DNA from: Patescibacteria group bacterium
Lineage (GTDB): Bacteria > Patescibacteriota > Patescibacteriia > JAHJFT01
Reading direction: 5' to 3'
DNA: 64,000 bases
NCBI GenBank assembly: GCA_028710985.1
Contig: JAQTTB010000001.1
Span: forward strand, 457,864 to 521,863
The position numbers were made by a program, and so were the translations under genes. Of this stretch, positions 35,326 to 44,909 are shown in pieces; position 1 is the first letter of the stretch, and each line of letters begins with the position of its first letter. A model generated the notes under the pieces. That model was given only the letters and a program-made list of their open reading frames with translations. It did not search any database and was not told the origin of the DNA.

Positions 35326-36174
35326 ATGAGTTTTGACACCCCAGCTAAAATAAAACAGGTTTTATCCAAATACAACCTTCGTCCAATCCACGGCCGGGGG
35401 CAAAATTTTTTGGCTGACAAAAATATCGTGGATAAAATTATGGCCGTCGCGGAAATCGGCAAAAAGGATTGCGTTTTGGAAATCGGACCGGGTCTCGGCA
35501 TTCTCACCGACCGGCTTGCGACGGCAAAAAGAGTTCTTTCCGTGGAAATTGACAAAAAAATTGTCGGTCTGCTCGCCTCCGAGTATGTTTGGCCCAATGT
35601 TACGGTTCTCACTTCCGACATTTTGCGCGTTTCGAACGCAGAAGTCGTAAAAATTCTCGGCTGTCCGCGTTATTCGCTGGTCGCCAATCTGCCGTACCAG
35701 ATTACTTCGGCGGTGATTGAAAAATTTTTAACCACCGAGCCCGTGCCGGACCGGATTATCATCATGGTTCAGCGTGAGGTTGCCGACCGCCTGCTCGCCT
35801 TGGATGGCTACGAGAACCTCCTGTCGCTGCTTGTGAAATTGCACGGTCGCGCCAAGAAACTTTTCAATGTTTCGCGCGGAAGTTTTTTGCCGAGCCCGAA
35901 AGTTGACTCCGCGGTTGTGGAAATTACGCCGTTCTCCGGGCCTGAATCAAAAAAAGTCCTCAATGGCGCGCGGATCGCGGCGGTTCGGAGCCTGATTCGC
36001 GCCGGTTTTCACTCGCCCCGCAAGATGGCAATTTCTAATCTGGCAAAGTACACGAATCTACCTAAAACTACGCTAATTTCGGCATTCCAGGACCTTGGGT
36101 TAGACCCCAAAATTCGCGCCGAAAAATTTGCCATTTCCGACTGGGTAAATCTGGCCCGAACTGTGAATTGTTGA
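35326..36174 (+). CDS. rsmA: 16S rRNA (adenine1518/1519-N6)-dimethyltransferase RsmA/KsgA
   Basis: GQNFLADKNIVDKIM...VLEIGPGLGILTDRLA. Confidence 0.9.
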   Translation: MSFDTPAKIKQVLSKYNLRPIHGRGQNFLADKNIVDKIMAVAEIGKKDCVLEIGPGLGILTDRLATAKRVLSVEIDKKIVGLLASEYVWPNVTVLTSDILRVSNAEVVKILGCPRYSLVANLPYQITSAVIEKFLTTEPVPDRIIIMVQREVADRLLALDGYENLLSLLVKLHGRAKKLFNVSRGSFLPSPKVDSAVVEITPFSGPESKKVLNGARIAAVRSLIRAGFHSPRKMAISNLAKYTNLPKTTLISAFQDLGLDPKIRAEKFAISDWVNLARTVNC

Positions 36175-36185
36175 TGCACCTATTT

Positions 36186-36196
36186 TGTGGTATACT
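36186..36196 (+). promoter_or_regulatory. Extended -10 promoter TGtGGTATACT for the T4SS-like operon
   Basis: TTGTGGTATACT 40 nt before ATG 36236. Confidence 0.4.
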
Positions 36197-36235
36197 AATA
36201 ATGTAAAATTTGACTAAATCTGCGACATTTTTACA

Positions 36236-38698
36236 ATGATTACCGCTTTTAAAAATAAGGTGGTAGATTTGGCGTCAAGGTGGAGGCGGACGGCTTTTGT
36301 TTTGTCCGTTTTTTTGTTTAGCGGTTTGGGAATGGCCGCCGCGCGTCCGGCATACGCGGCCGCCGAAGCGCTTGCCGACATGATTTCATATATTTTGATA
36401 AACTGGGTGATCGCCACCATCGGTAAAATCATTCTTTTGCTTTTTAATCTCGTGGTCGGCTGGCTCGCGCCGTATAACAATTTTATCGATTCCGCTGCTG
36501 TGGTTACCGGCTGGGTTCTGACGCGCGACATGGCTAATATGTTTTTTATCCTTGTGCTTCTGGCCATCGCATTCGGCACAATTTTGAAAATAGAACAGTT
36601 GAATTATCAGCGCATCCTGCCCAAGCTTTTAATTATGGCCGTGGTTATTAATTTCAGCAAAACACTCTGCGGTCTCGTGATTGATTTTGGCCAAGTGGTG
36701 ATGCTTACGTTTGTGAATGCGTTTATGTCCGCGGCCGGCGGAAATTTTCTGAACGCCCTTGGACTTACCAAGCTCATGCAGCTAAGTCAGAACACTACGC
36801 TTGATTTCGGATCGTGGGAGGTGGCCGCGGCTGCTCTTTTTGGCACCATTATGATGGGTGTGACGCTTATGGTAGTTGTGGTTTATGTCATCGTGCTCGC
36901 GTATCGTATTGTCATGCTCTGGATACTCGTGATTCTTTCGCCGCTCGCGTTTTTGGCCGGCGGTTTTCCGATCGGTAAGGCGAGCGCAGCCTATGGCCAG
37001 TGGTGGGACAATTTTGTCGGCGCCGTTCTCATCGGTCCGGTACTTGCGTTTTTCTTATGGCTCGCGCTTCTTACGGCCGGCGGCGGCACCCTGGGCCAAG
37101 ATTTTATCAATACGCAGTACACGGCCCCGACATCCGAAGAACAAATCAGCGGCAGCCTGACTGAGAATTACTTTATTACCGAAGGCGGGACCAGCGAATC
37201 AACCGTGGGATTTATCATCGCCATCGCCCTGCTTCTTGCCGGGCTTGCGGTTGCCCAGCAGGTGGGCGGCGAGCTTGGCGGCGTGGCCGGCCAGTGGGCC
37301 GGTAAAACAAAAGGATTTATGGCCGGCGCCTTGACCGGCGCGGCCGTCGGCGCAAGCAAACTCGGCGTTGGTGCGGCCCGCAAAACCGCGGGCTGGACCG
37401 ACCGCCAGCTCGGAGTCCGGGAAAAGCTCTATGGCGGAATGGCCAAGGTGCCGGGCCTAAAACAGCTTGGTTACACCCAGCTTGCTAAAACCCGCCACGA
37501 ACGCGCGCAGAAGACCGGCGAATTGGCCAAGGTTGTTTCTAGCCTCGCGCCCGCGGAAGTGGAGAATTTGCTCAAGGGTCGGGCGATGACTGCCGATCAG
37601 AAAGAACTGCAGATGCTCGGGCATAAGCAGGCGCTTAGCTCCGGGCATGCCGGCTTTCTTGCGAAACAGGGCAAGAGCAAGCCGGAAATTTTGGCTGAGC
37701 AGGCCAAACATCTGGATGTGTTTACCAGCATGGCCAAAGAACGCGGTGATGTTGAAATGATGAAATTTGCCGGCGAGTATAAAGATAAAAATCCGCACCT
37801 TATTTTGGATTCAAAAGCAAAAGCCAATGCCTATAAAGACGCTTCTTCCGAAGATAGAAAAAAATGGTCATCTGACGCGTGGCGCGATACCGAAGGCTTG
37901 GCCGCGCTTGCCGAAAAAGAACGGCAGACCCCGGGGATTATATCCGAAGTTTTGAACAAGGCAGGGGGCGAGCCATCCAAACTTTTCAATAAGTTTATGG
38001 ATGATTATCCGGCCGGAGCCGCTATGCCGGGAGCCGGCATATTCACAATGGACAAAGGCTTTCAGCCCGCGGTCTTAACCGGAGCTCAGGCTTTTGGCGC
38101 CAAAGCCGCCGGCGTGATTCTTGAAGACTTGATGAAGGCGCGTGATTCAAAACTAAATTTCATCGCCAGAGAAGGCTATAACCCGGCTACCAATGTTTTC
38201 AACCCTGATGTTTTGCGCAGTAGCATGAAGATTCAGGCCGAAGGCGGGAACGCGGAGCAGGCTTTTGGCGCGGACCGGAAAACCGGCCAGTTTATTAACG
38301 ATCAGTTTGGTGCAAGTTTTGGCGCCGCGTTATTGGAGGCGAAAGCCGATACTATCGGTTCGATTGGAGAGTTTCAAACGCTTTCCGAAGCGCAAGTCGC
38401 CGGAGGTAAATTTATACTGGGCATCGATGATCAGGCTTTAAAAGTCAAGGACGGTGATTATCGCGAAAAAGTTATTAATAATATTGATGTGGATAATTTA
38501 GTTACTGCAACCGAAGTGGCAGAGAGGGAAAATATACCCGGAGGCATGGAAAAAATTAAGAGCCTGCTCAAAGAATTTCAATCCGAGGCTCAAACCATCA
38601 GATCTTCGGGTAGTGTAAGCGACAAAGAACAGATTATCCTGGACAAGATTGACAAGATGACGAACAACGACACCCTCCGCCGGGCGATGGGTAAATAA
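36236..38698 (+). CDS. TrbL/VirB6-like polytopic membrane protein with large soluble C-terminal extension
   Basis: About 7 TM helices in the first 330 aa with a Gly/Ala-rich inter-helix pattern, then a 450-aa soluble region; first gene of the VirB4-containing operon. Confidence 0.5.
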   Translation: MITAFKNKVVDLASRWRRTAFVLSVFLFSGLGMAAARPAYAAAEALADMISYILINWVIATIGKIILLLFNLVVGWLAPYNNFIDSAAVVTGWVLTRDMANMFFILVLLAIAFGTILKIEQLNYQRILPKLLIMAVVINFSKTLCGLVIDFGQVVMLTFVNAFMSAAGGNFLNALGLTKLMQLSQNTTLDFGSWEVAAAALFGTIMMGVTLMVVVVYVIVLAYRIVMLWILVILSPLAFLAGGFPIGKASAAYGQWWDNFVGAVLIGPVLAFFLWLALLTAGGGTLGQDFINTQYTAPTSEEQISGSLTENYFITEGGTSESTVGFIIAIALLLAGLAVAQQVGGELGGVAGQWAGKTKGFMAGALTGAAVGASKLGVGAARKTAGWTDRQLGVREKLYGGMAKVPGLKQLGYTQLAKTRHERAQKTGELAKVVSSLAPAEVENLLKGRAMTADQKELQMLGHKQALSSGHAGFLAKQGKSKPEILAEQAKHLDVFTSMAKERGDVEMMKFAGEYKDKNPHLILDSKAKANAYKDASSEDRKKWSSDAWRDTEGLAALAEKERQTPGIISEVLNKAGGEPSKLFNKFMDDYPAGAAMPGAGIFTMDKGFQPAVLTGAQAFGAKAAGVILEDLMKARDSKLNFIAREGYNPATNVFNPDVLRSSMKIQAEGGNAEQAFGADRKTGQFINDQFGASFGAALLEAKADTIGSIGEFQTLSEAQVAGGKFILGIDDQALKVKDGDYREKVINNIDVDNLVTATEVAERENIPGGMEKIKSLLKEFQSEAQTIRSSGSVSDKEQIILDKIDKMTNNDTLRRAMGK

Positions 38699-38709
38699 AA
38701 GAATTTTCT

Positions 38710-40521
38710 ATGGACGCACTGACCACAACCCGCTATCTTCCGAGATCGGTAAAAACATATTTGGGTTCGGCTGAAGTGACGGATATCAATATTGATATCA
38801 AAAAAAAGTTTGATTTGCGGGAAAGGGAACTTGATATTCTCTTTGAACTCACCTGGGATATTCTGGAAGGTCGCCGCGCGCCGCGCGCCCTGGCTTACGA
38901 GCTCAAGGCGCAGATAAAATGGCAGGAAAAAAAAGCCGCTGAAGTTGCGCTGGAAATCCTTGGACGAAAACTTTTGCCCCTTTCCAATCTTATCCCCGGC
39001 ATTCCGGAAGCGATTAAAGATCTCGGCGCTGATCCGGCCAAGTATCCGCAGAAAAAAATCACGTCCGATCAGACGACCCTGCCGGTTTTTGTGGATGAGA
39101 TGATCCGCGATCTCGGCATCCAGCTCGCCGACAAATTTTTGAAACACCGGCTTGAGAATGTTGCCGAAGCAAAAATCAAAGGAGTGCGTGATGATTTTGA
39201 AACAAAAGAAAGAATGGTCCGTGGAATAAAAATCGGTGGGCTCGAGCTCGCCCCGACACAGGCTGACCAAATTATCGCCTACATCGAATCTGCGAAGAAA
39301 ACCATACAAATCGTTGACCGCCCATCCGCTCCGACAGCGGTTGGGGGAACGGCTCCAGCCGTAGCGATTCCGCTGTCAAGGATGCCGGCCGAGTCCGAAG
39401 TGCCGGAAGAAATCACGAGACATGAAACCGGAACCGCCGCGCCTTTCGCCATGCGCCCCGAGGATGTCGCTGAAATCCACGCCGAGCGGGGCCGGGAAAT
39501 CTCGGATGCCGTTTTGCCGGAGTACGAACGAGTAGATAAAGATATTATAAAAGATTCAGGATTCAGTTTTTCCGATCCGGATATGCAAAAGCGTTTTGAA
39601 AACACGGTTCGCGCGCGCGTGCGTGATGTGCGCGACGAACTGGAGACAAAAAATATACTGACCCGCGGGCCCAAAGAGGGCGGACTCGGCTTGCCTAAAG
39701 AAAAATCCGACCGCCTCATCGCTCTCATCAATCAAAAAGTCGGACCCCTTCGCCTGAAACTCGCGAAAATCGAAGAGCAAAAAAAGGCTGAACATCTCGT
39801 GAGAGAAAAACGAAATCGGGAAATCGGCCGCGAGAGGGAAGAGGAGAACTTGAATCGCCGCTACGCCAAACTTACCGGACGAATGCCGAGCTCGATGCCC
39901 AGTGAAGAAAAAAAACCGGAACGAACCCTGCCCTTAAAAGACCATATTATTAAGCCGAGCGCTCCGGTGATAAAACCGGTCGCCCAAGTTTCGGTCGTGA
40001 CAGCCGTGATTCCGCAAGAGCCGGGATTACCGATGACGATTGTGCCGGTCCCGATCGCGATCGGGACGCCGGTCCGCCCGGCATCTCGTCCGGAATCGCT
40101 AAAGCCCAAGGTTCGCGTCTCGCCGCCGAGTATTCCGGCGCAGACGTCGCAAACCGGCCGGCCGCGCGTTGAAGAAATAAAGTTTTCGCGCAGGCTGTTC
40201 GGGCCGATTGAGGAATTGCGCGAAATGAAGTTTGAAGATTTTCGCCGCCTGTCGCGCGAACCGCGGGAACGCGCCATTAAGATAAAGGACAAGATAGATC
40301 TCCTGGGCGAAGAATCATTTGAGAAAAAAATGCAGGGCATCGCCGCGTGGCAAGAGAGCCCGATTAATAAACTGTATCTGAATTTAATACAGGAAGCGTT
40401 CCAGACCGGCAAGAACATTGAGACAATTACGCGCGAACGTGAAGCCGCCGGCCGTTCGACGCTTTCATGGGACGAATTCCAGTCAATTATTGAGCTAAAT
40501 CAAAATTTAGGTAAAATTTAA
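38710..40521 (+). CDS. Hypothetical charged/helical protein (603 aa) within the T4SS-like operon
   Basis: No TM; K/E/R-rich. Confidence 0.45.
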   Translation: MDALTTTRYLPRSVKTYLGSAEVTDINIDIKKKFDLRERELDILFELTWDILEGRRAPRALAYELKAQIKWQEKKAAEVALEILGRKLLPLSNLIPGIPEAIKDLGADPAKYPQKKITSDQTTLPVFVDEMIRDLGIQLADKFLKHRLENVAEAKIKGVRDDFETKERMVRGIKIGGLELAPTQADQIIAYIESAKKTIQIVDRPSAPTAVGGTAPAVAIPLSRMPAESEVPEEITRHETGTAAPFAMRPEDVAEIHAERGREISDAVLPEYERVDKDIIKDSGFSFSDPDMQKRFENTVRARVRDVRDELETKNILTRGPKEGGLGLPKEKSDRLIALINQKVGPLRLKLAKIEEQKKAEHLVREKRNREIGREREEENLNRRYAKLTGRMPSSMPSEEKKPERTLPLKDHIIKPSAPVIKPVAQVSVVTAVIPQEPGLPMTIVPVPIAIGTPVRPASRPESLKPKVRVSPPSIPAQTSQTGRPRVEEIKFSRRLFGPIEELREMKFEDFRRLSREPRERAIKIKDKIDLLGEESFEKKMQGIAAWQESPINKLYLNLIQEAFQTGKNIETITREREAAGRSTLSWDEFQSIIELNQNLGKI

Positions 40522-40961
40522 TGCCGGAAAAATTTGTAGTGCCGCAATTCATTGACGTGGAAGATAAGATATTTGGGCCGATCACGACTCGCCAGTTTGT
40601 AATTTTGCTCGTGGATGGATTGTTCGTTTTTATCGCGTTTAAATTATTGGAGAAGATTTTATTCATTCCGGCGGCTATTTTGCTCCTCGGAGCCGGCGGC
40701 TTGCTTGCTTTTATAAAAGTGAACGGCATGCCATTTCATTTTTTTCTTCTGAACATCATTCAGACAATGAAGCGTCCGTCTCTCCGCGTTTGGGATAAAA
40801 CGCCTAGCAACACCGAACTGCGCGCGTACATCAGCAAGCCTGAAGTCAAAGCCGCGCCCGTTCCTCCCAAGAAAGAGCCATTAACAACAAGCCGCCTGTC
40901 CGAACTTTCGCTCATCGTTAATACAGGCGGTTTATACAAACCCGAAGAATATGAGCACTAA
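40521..40961 (+). CDS. PrgI/VirB3-like small membrane protein
   Basis: MPEKFVVPQFIDVEDKIFGPITTRQFVILLVDGLFVFIAF... matches the PrgI-family N-terminal pattern; sits immediately upstream of VirB4. Confidence 0.45.
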   Translation: MPEKFVVPQFIDVEDKIFGPITTRQFVILLVDGLFVFIAFKLLEKILFIPAAILLLGAGGLLAFIKVNGMPFHFFLLNIIQTMKRPSLRVWDKTPSNTELRAYISKPEVKAAPVPPKKEPLTTSRLSELSLIVNTGGLYKPEEYEH

Positions 40962-41622
40962 AAAAATTGTCAGACCCGGCCAACCAACTCAGCGTTACAT
41001 GGACATCGCAGAAATCCGCGAGGATGTGGTGATAATGAAGGACGGCACACTGCGCGCCGTTATTCTGGTCTCAAGTATCAATTTCGCGCTGAAGTCGGTG
41101 GATGAGCAGGAGGCGATTATTTCCGCCTACATGCAGCTTTTGAATTCGCTAGAACATCCTTTGCAGATTGTAATTCAGTCGCGTCGTATGAATATTGAAA
41201 AATATCTTGACGCCCTGAAGGAAGAGGAAAAAAATCAGAAAAACGATCTTTTGAGCGCGCAGATTTCCGATTATCGCAGTTTTATCAACCAGTTGGTTGA
41301 GCTTGGCGAGATCATGAGCAAGAAATTTTTTGTTACCGTGCCGTACGACCCAATGTCGGATAAGCAGAGAGGTTTTTTCTCGCGGATAAAAGAAATTTTT
41401 TCACCAGCCGTAAGTCTCAAATTGAGCGGCCAGAAATTTATTGAGCGCCGCAAGGAGTTGATGATGCGGGTGGAGCATATCATAGGCGCCCTACAGAGTA
41501 TCGGGCTCACCACCGCGCTTCTTGATACCCAGAGTTTGATTGAACTTTATTACAGTGTTTACAATCCCGAAGTTTACGAAAGCCAGAAGGTCAAGGATTT
41601 AAGCAAAATACAAATAGAATAA
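40951..41622 (+). CDS. VirB4/TraC-family ATPase, N-terminal segment encoded as a separate ORF
   Basis: QRYMDIAEIREDVVIMKDGTLRAVILVSSINFALKSVDEQEAIISAYMQLLNSL aligns by pattern with the VirB4 N-terminus (LPY...VLLEDGS...DGV.FEL); ends with a TAATAA double stop. Confidence 0.6.
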   Translation: MSTKKIVRPGQPTQRYMDIAEIREDVVIMKDGTLRAVILVSSINFALKSVDEQEAIISAYMQLLNSLEHPLQIVIQSRRMNIEKYLDALKEEEKNQKNDLLSAQISDYRSFINQLVELGEIMSKKFFVTVPYDPMSDKQRGFFSRIKEIFSPAVSLKLSGQKFIERRKELMMRVEHIIGALQSIGLTTALLDTQSLIELYYSVYNPEVYESQKVKDLSKIQIE

Positions 41623-41626
41623 TAAT

Positions 41627-43579
41627 ATGCCATTCCGACCAAAAGAAGCCGTTGCTCCTGAAGCCAAAACCGGCGCGGTTGCGCCGACCGGCCGCATCGT
41701 GCGGCGCGAGGCCGAGGCGCGCGCCGAGGCCGAGCGAGAACGCATCGTACTTGAAGAAGAGCGCATTTATCGCCGCGGTGTTGTTTCCATCCGCGACCTG
41801 ATCGCGCCGGCCGCTTTTGAAGTAAAACCGAACTATCTCCGGCTCGGCGACAGCTTTTGCCGCACGATTTTTATTGTCACTTATCCGCGCTATGTTTCGG
41901 TTGGATGGGCGACGCCGGTTATCAACTATAATCACACCCTGGATATCGCCATGTTTTTCTATCCAGTCAAGGCGCCGATAATTTTAAAACAGCTCAAGAA
42001 TAAAGTCGGCGTTCTGGAGGCCCAGATCATGGCCGATTCGGAAAAAGGCGCTCCTCGCGATCCGATTCGCGAAACCGCACTCCGCGACATTGAACAGCTT
42101 CGCGACGACCTGACGCAGGGGATTGAGCATTTTTTTCAATTCGCTTTGTACATTACGATTTACGCGAAAGATGTTACGGAACTGGATAAGATATCAACCG
42201 ATATCGAAACCATCTTCGGTTCAAAATTGATTTATTCCAAGCGCGTTCTTTATCAGTCCGAGCAGGGCTTTAATTCCACTGTGCCGCTCGCGAACGACGA
42301 GCTCATGATTACCTTCAATATGAACACCTCGCCGATTGCTTCGTCGTTCCCGTTCACTTCGGCCGAGCTTACTTCGGACAACGGCATACTCTACGGAATA
42401 AACCGCCACAACAACAGCCTGATTCTCTTTGACCGTTTCTCCATGCCGAACGCCAACATGGTTGTTTTTGCCACTTCCGGCGCCGGCAAGAGTTATGCCG
42501 TAAAACTGGAAATCTTGCGCAGCCTGATGCTTGGCACGGATGTTCTCGTCATTGATCCGGAAATGGAATACAAGCACCTTTCCGACGCGGTCGGCGGCAC
42601 CTACATCAATATTTCCCTGGCTTCGGAAAGCAAGATTAATCCGTTCGATCTGCCGCGGCCCATGGGCGAGGATATCAGCACCGAGGATATTATCCGGAGC
42701 GCCGTAATTACTCTCAAGGGTTTGCTCCGCATCATGCTCGGCAAGCTCACTACGGCCGAGGATTCGCTTTTGGATCGCGCGCTTCTTGAAACCTATGCTA
42801 AGCGCGATATTACGCCAAGTTCCGATCTTTCTACCGTCGAGCCGCCGATTATGCAGGATTTGCAGGAAGTGCTCGAGGGCATGGAAGGTACCGGCGATTT
42901 GGTTGTCCGGCTCAAGAAATTCACTGACGGCACATTTGCCGGTCTCTTGAACTCGCCGACCACGGTCACTATGAAAGCCCAGCTCGTGGTCTTCAGCGTG
43001 CGCGATCTTGAGGACGAGCTCCGTCCGATTGCTATCTATACCATCATCAACTACATTTGGAATGTCGTGCGCTCGGAGAGCAAAAAACGCATTCTCACGA
43101 TTGACGAAGCCTGGTGGCTGATGATGCACGAGGACAGCGCAAAATTTATTTTCGCCTTGGTCAAACGCTGCCGGAAATACTATCTCGGCATTACCACCAT
43201 CACGCAGGATGTTAACGATTTTTTGTCCAATCCGTACGGCCGCTCTATTGTCACTAACTCCTCAATGCAGATTCTGATGAAACAGTCGCCGGCCGCGGTT
43301 GATTTGGTGCAAAAAACTTTTCTTCTCACCGAGGGGGAGAAATATCTTCTTCTTGAGTCCGCGGTCGGAGAGGGGATTTTCTTCGCCGGCACAAAGCACG
43401 CGGCGATCAAGGTGGTTGCTTCGTATACCGAGGACCAGCTCATTACCACCGACCCGCGCCAGCTCTTGGAAATAGAAGAATCAAAAAAGCAATTCGCCGA
43501 AGAGGTGCTCGGTCAGTCCGAAGCCCTGCCTGCCGGTAGGCAGGGCGCTTCCGGGGAACCCCCAGCAATAAATATCTAA
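41627..43579 (+). CDS. VirB4/TraC-family type IV secretion ATPase (middle and ATPase domains)
   Basis: IAPAAFEVKPNYLRLGDSFCRTIFIVTYPRYVSVGW; Walker A FATSGAGKS; Walker B ILTIDEAWWLM; C-terminus carries the palindrome insert (EALPAGRQGAS). Confidence 0.8.
   Translation: MPFRPKEAVAPEAKTGAVAPTGRIVRREAEARAEAERERIVLEEERIYRRGVVSIRDLIAPAAFEVKPNYLRLGDSFCRTIFIVTYPRYVSVGWATPVINYNHTLDIAMFFYPVKAPIILKQLKNKVGVLEAQIMADSEKGAPRDPIRETALRDIEQLRDDLTQGIEHFFQFALYITIYAKDVTELDKISTDIETIFGSKLIYSKRVLYQSEQGFNSTVPLANDELMITFNMNTSPIASSFPFTSAELTSDNGILYGINRHNNSLILFDRFSMPNANMVVFATSGAGKSYAVKLEILRSLMLGTDVLVIDPEMEYKHLSDAVGGTYINISLASESKINPFDLPRPMGEDISTEDIIRSAVITLKGLLRIMLGKLTTAEDSLLDRALLETYAKRDITPSSDLSTVEPPIMQDLQEVLEGMEGTGDLVVRLKKFTDGTFAGLLNSPTTVTMKAQLVVFSVRDLEDELRPIAIYTIINYIWNVVRSESKKRILTIDEAWWLMMHEDSAKFIFALVKRCRKYYLGITTITQDVNDFLSNPYGRSIVTNSSMQILMKQSPAAVDLVQKTFLLTEGEKYLLLESAVGEGIFFAGTKHAAIKVVASYTEDQLITTDPRQLLEIEESKKQFAEEVLGQSEALPAGRQGASGEPPAINI
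43526..43545. repeat. Palindrome-family copy 3, CCTGCCTGCCGGTAGGCAGG, in-frame inside the VirB4 CDS
   Basis: Read directly; the same 24-mer is present in the clpC-like gene in the same gene-relative orientation. Confidence 0.9.
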
Positions 43580-44194
43580 ATGACAAAAACGATAAAAATT
43601 ATTTTAATCGCGCTCGCTGGGGTGATGTTGCTTGCCGGCATAATGTTTTTGATTTGGGCACTCATGACGCGGCCGGCCGTAATTTTCAAACCCGCGCCGG
43701 CTCAGCCTGCCGCCGAAACTACGGAGCCCCTGCCGACCGGCGGTTCGGTTATGGTTCCAGTGAGTACGACAACGCAAGAGGTTTCCGGAATTCCGTTTGA
43801 AGTCAGTACTTCGGCCGAAGCGGAAAAACAGGCCGCCAAAAATCTTTGCATTCTTTTCGCCGAGCGGTTCGGAAGTTTCTCGAACCAGGGAAGCTACGAA
43901 AACATCACGGATTTGTTGTCGGTCATGACGCCGTCCATGCGCGTCTGGGCCGAAAATTATGTTTCCAAGAATGCGTCCGCGGCTCCGGCTGAATACTACG
44001 GAGTAAGCACCAAGGTTGTTGCCAATACTTTTAATAGCTATGATGCGGCGCAGGGCAACGCCGTGATGACTCTCGATACCCAGCGCCGCGAAATGCGCGC
44101 TTCGGTCGAAGATCGGATTTATTATCAGGCCATCAGAATTTCGCTTAAGAAAATTGACGGCGCGTGGCTCGTCGACAGCGCATCATGGCAATAA
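43580..44194 (+). CDS. Membrane-anchored hypothetical protein
   Basis: N-terminal TM helix, 204 aa. Confidence 0.45.
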   Translation: MTKTIKIILIALAGVMLLAGIMFLIWALMTRPAVIFKPAPAQPAAETTEPLPTGGSVMVPVSTTTQEVSGIPFEVSTSAEAEKQAAKNLCILFAERFGSFSNQGSYENITDLLSVMTPSMRVWAENYVSKNASAAPAEYYGVSTKVVANTFNSYDAAQGNAVMTLDTQRREMRASVEDRIYYQAIRISLKKIDGAWLVDSASWQ

Positions 44195-44844
44195 AAGATT
44201 TTTTACTCGATTTAATATTTCCAAAGTTCTGCCTGCAGTGCGGGCGGGAAGGCACCATGCTTTGCGCCGAGTGCGTTTCGGCGATTGATCCGCAATGGGA
44301 TCCCCTTGATTTTGAAAATCAAAAGGAGGTATTAATAGGTCGTTTAATCAGCCTTGGGTACTACCGCGAAAAAATTTGGCAGCGTATTATTCAAAATCTA
44401 AAATATCAATACGTAACTGAGCTTGAAAGCGCGCTGGAAAATCTCGTCGGCCGGTTTATACAAAAATATCCTGAATCTATCGGCGTGCCCTATGATTATC
44501 TTGTTCCCGTGCCGTTGCACCGTAAAAGACTGCTTGAACGCGGATTTAATCAGGCGGAAATAATTGCCCGCTTAATTGGAAAAAATACCGGTTGGCCGCT
44601 TGAAAGCGAAAATCTATACCGAAAAAAGAACACCGCGCCGCAGGCCCAGCTCGAAGATGAAAAAAGAAAGGCGAATTTAGTCGGCGCATTCGGCGTCCGG
44701 AATCCGGAGCGGTTTGAAAATAAGAAAATTTTGCTTATTGATGATGTATATACCACGGGTTCAACTATAAAAGAATGCGCCAGTACCCTTCTCGCCGCCG
44801 GCGCGGCCGAAGTCGGAGCCTGGGTCGTCGCCCGCCGCACTTAG
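44164..44844 (+). CDS. ComF-family protein (double zinc ribbon + phosphoribosyltransferase domain)
   Basis: CLQCGREGTMLCAECV...; C-terminal LLIDDVYTTGSTIKECASTLLAAGA PRTase motif. Confidence 0.7.
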   Translation: MARRQRIMAIKDFLLDLIFPKFCLQCGREGTMLCAECVSAIDPQWDPLDFENQKEVLIGRLISLGYYREKIWQRIIQNLKYQYVTELESALENLVGRFIQKYPESIGVPYDYLVPVPLHRKRLLERGFNQAEIIARLIGKNTGWPLESENLYRKKNTAPQAQLEDEKRKANLVGAFGVRNPERFENKKILLIDDVYTTGSTIKECASTLLAAGAAEVGAWVVARRT

Positions 44845-44909
44845 CCTTTAAGCGGGTCGGATCTTGAAAAAAATGCCGATTTCTGGTAGGATAGAGGAAA
44901 TCTTTTCAG

